Assembly: GCA_000934665.2 (NCBI GenBank)
Contig: JYFJ02002791.1
Location: forward strand, 1-50,691
Reading direction: 5' to 3'
DNA: 50,691 bases
Source: Catajapyx aquilonaris
Lineage: Eukaryota
The notes beneath the pieces are model-generated. The model searched no databases and was not told the DNA's origin. It saw only the letters and a program-made list of their open reading frames with translations. Each line of letters starts with the position of its first letter. Position 1 is the first letter of the stretch. The position numbers and the translations under genes were made by a program. Shown here piece after piece: positions 49,401 to 50,691 of this stretch.

Positions 49401-50110
49401 ATAACTGTTCGGACAAAAGAGTTGAAACACCCTGTATACTCCATTATTTTGCACTTAACATACAGTATCAATACTTCAGGTTATTTTATTTGATATAATG
49501 TGGCTTAAACATTGCCTGAACGATAATAATTATTTTTTAAATTCCTGCCATAGAATAGAACTTGCTCAAATCCTCAATTTTGTACACGACTCAGTCTTTG
49601 TGGTACCGGTACTTATGAAGTAGGTTTCTCTGGATATACGGTCCAGACTCGACTCACTTGGATATGTTCTTTAGCAGATTGTTGACATCCATGTCGTCCA
49701 GCATCCTGTCAATGGAGTTCTGAACCCAATCAATGTCATTCAGTGCCATACAAACTGAATCTGTCGTTAGATCCTGTCGTGGTAACGACAGGAAAAAACC
49801 TGCTTTATCGAGTTTGGTCACTTTCCTCTTAGCAAATGATCGTGCCACGGACATCATAAAGCCTTGAGTCATAGCGAATGGAATGAATAAGTGAACACGA
49901 ATAGAAAGCTTTTTTAAAAAAAGTCCTAGATGATAACAACTCACTCAAGAAGTCCGCAACAATTCCAAATGCATCCAACGGGTCTGGCCATCTCAGGTTG
50001 TGGTAGAAATAGCTCAATTCAAACAAAATGTACACAGTGCTGGAGGCTGACTTGGTAATACACAAATCTGCAACCTTTTCCTGGTCATCACGTTCGACAG
50101 CTTTGCTAAT
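46455..50110 (-). CDS. BAIAP3/Munc13-4 (Unc-13D)-like protein, 5'-partial; exons 50110-49945, 49862-49658, 48880-48322, 47469-47314, 47210-47077, 46695-46455
   Basis: MHD1 motifs (ISKAVERD, SASST, LRWPDP, CMALNDIDWV), MHD2 motifs (EPLMNFL, NFHRIIVMIW, MSTDDLIHMFY), a C-terminal C2 domain (LTVIVFQVREL, VKLIPEKHFP, FMGECILPL) and the family tail DPVAQKFV. Intron phases are consistent (1,2,0,0,2). Confidence 0.85.
46783..47057. mobile_element. mariner-type foldback MITE in the last intron of the BAIAP3-like gene
   Basis: TA|CAGGGTGTAAATCCTAAG ... CTTAGGATTAACACCCTG|TA; arms of about 110 bp. Confidence 0.92.
49101..49434. mobile_element. mariner-type MITE
   Basis: TA|CAGGGTGTTTCAACT ... AGTTGAAACACCCTG|TA; arms of about 100 bp plus an internal hairpin GAAAAAAGAGGGTCACACAT / ATGTGTGACCCTCTTTTTC. 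Confidence 0.92.
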
Positions 50111-50253
50111 CTACAATAGCAAAGTAAAACAATGTTAGATGTTTTCATGATGTAGGCTATAAACACAGAAAAATATGATCAATCGAGCATATTTCATAAG
50201 CACTACTGTATTTCTTACAAAGGCTCATGTTTGGATTCGGTCATTCGATCTGA

Positions 50254-50691
50254 CAAGGGAAGGTCACAGAGTGATAATGACGGATCTTGATGAAATTTAA
50301 CATGCTAATACAGGACAATATATGATACCCAAAAATGAAATATTTCATGCGGAGGCCCATATTTGCAAAAGTTATGACGTCTTAAAGTTCCAAAAAAAAA
50401 AGCATTTTCATTGAGTTCATAATGGGATTACATTAGCGACCACATATAAGACCACATTGAAGTGTGTCAGTTTCCACACTTTGTCTCACCGGAAAAAGTC
50501 CTACATAACGGCTCTGTATCTCTTACGGTTTAGGCCTTGATACCTGTCCACAGACGGACGGACGGACAGAGCCGTTCTGTAGGACTTTTTTCAGATGAGA
50601 AAAAGTGTAGAAACTGATTACACACTTCAATGTCATTATATGTGGTCGCTAATGTAATCCCATTATGAATGAAAATGTATTATTTTTGGAA
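50254..50691. mobile_element. Second copy of the CAAGGGAAGG foldback, opposite orientation, cut by the window end
   Basis: Near-identical to the reverse complement of 37859-38435. Confidence 0.93.

Noticed and set aside
852..50110. The four genes as a functional cluster or novel system
   Set aside because: Mixed orientations, unrelated functions and no shared regulatory signature; adjacency alone is not evidence in an animal genome without conserved synteny data

Overview
Eukaryotic, intron-containing invertebrate (probably arthropod) genomic DNA. It is not prokaryotic, so most of the six-frame ORFs are spurious or run into introns. Four spliced genes can be reconstructed with phase-consistent GT-AG junctions. 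(1) The 3' part of NF-YA (+, 852-6956). (2) A complete KIAA1549/UPF0606-like type I membrane protein (+, 11158-14953, 743 aa). (3) A complete atypical soluble guanylyl cyclase of the Gyc88E/beta3 O2-sensor type ending in a CAAX box (-, 30785-23545, 844 aa). (4) The 3' part of a divergent BAIAP3/Munc13-4-like gene whose C2B domain appears to lack its Ca2+ ligands (-, 50110-46455). Introns and intergenic DNA are densely filled with non-autonomous transposons: TA-flanked Tc1/mariner and pogo/Tigger MITEs, a TTAA Kolobok/T2-like MITE, AWWT-flanked Sola-like MITEs, Harbinger-like and hAT-like MITEs, long foldbacks, two short Helitrons and tRNA-derived SINEs. I found no convincing new multi-gene system. 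The best leads are a MITE resembling mammalian Tigger4/Zombi, a ~1.3 kb compound palindrome, the degenerate C2B domain and the lipidation motifs of the cyclase. Family assignments rest on recalled motifs, not on database searches.
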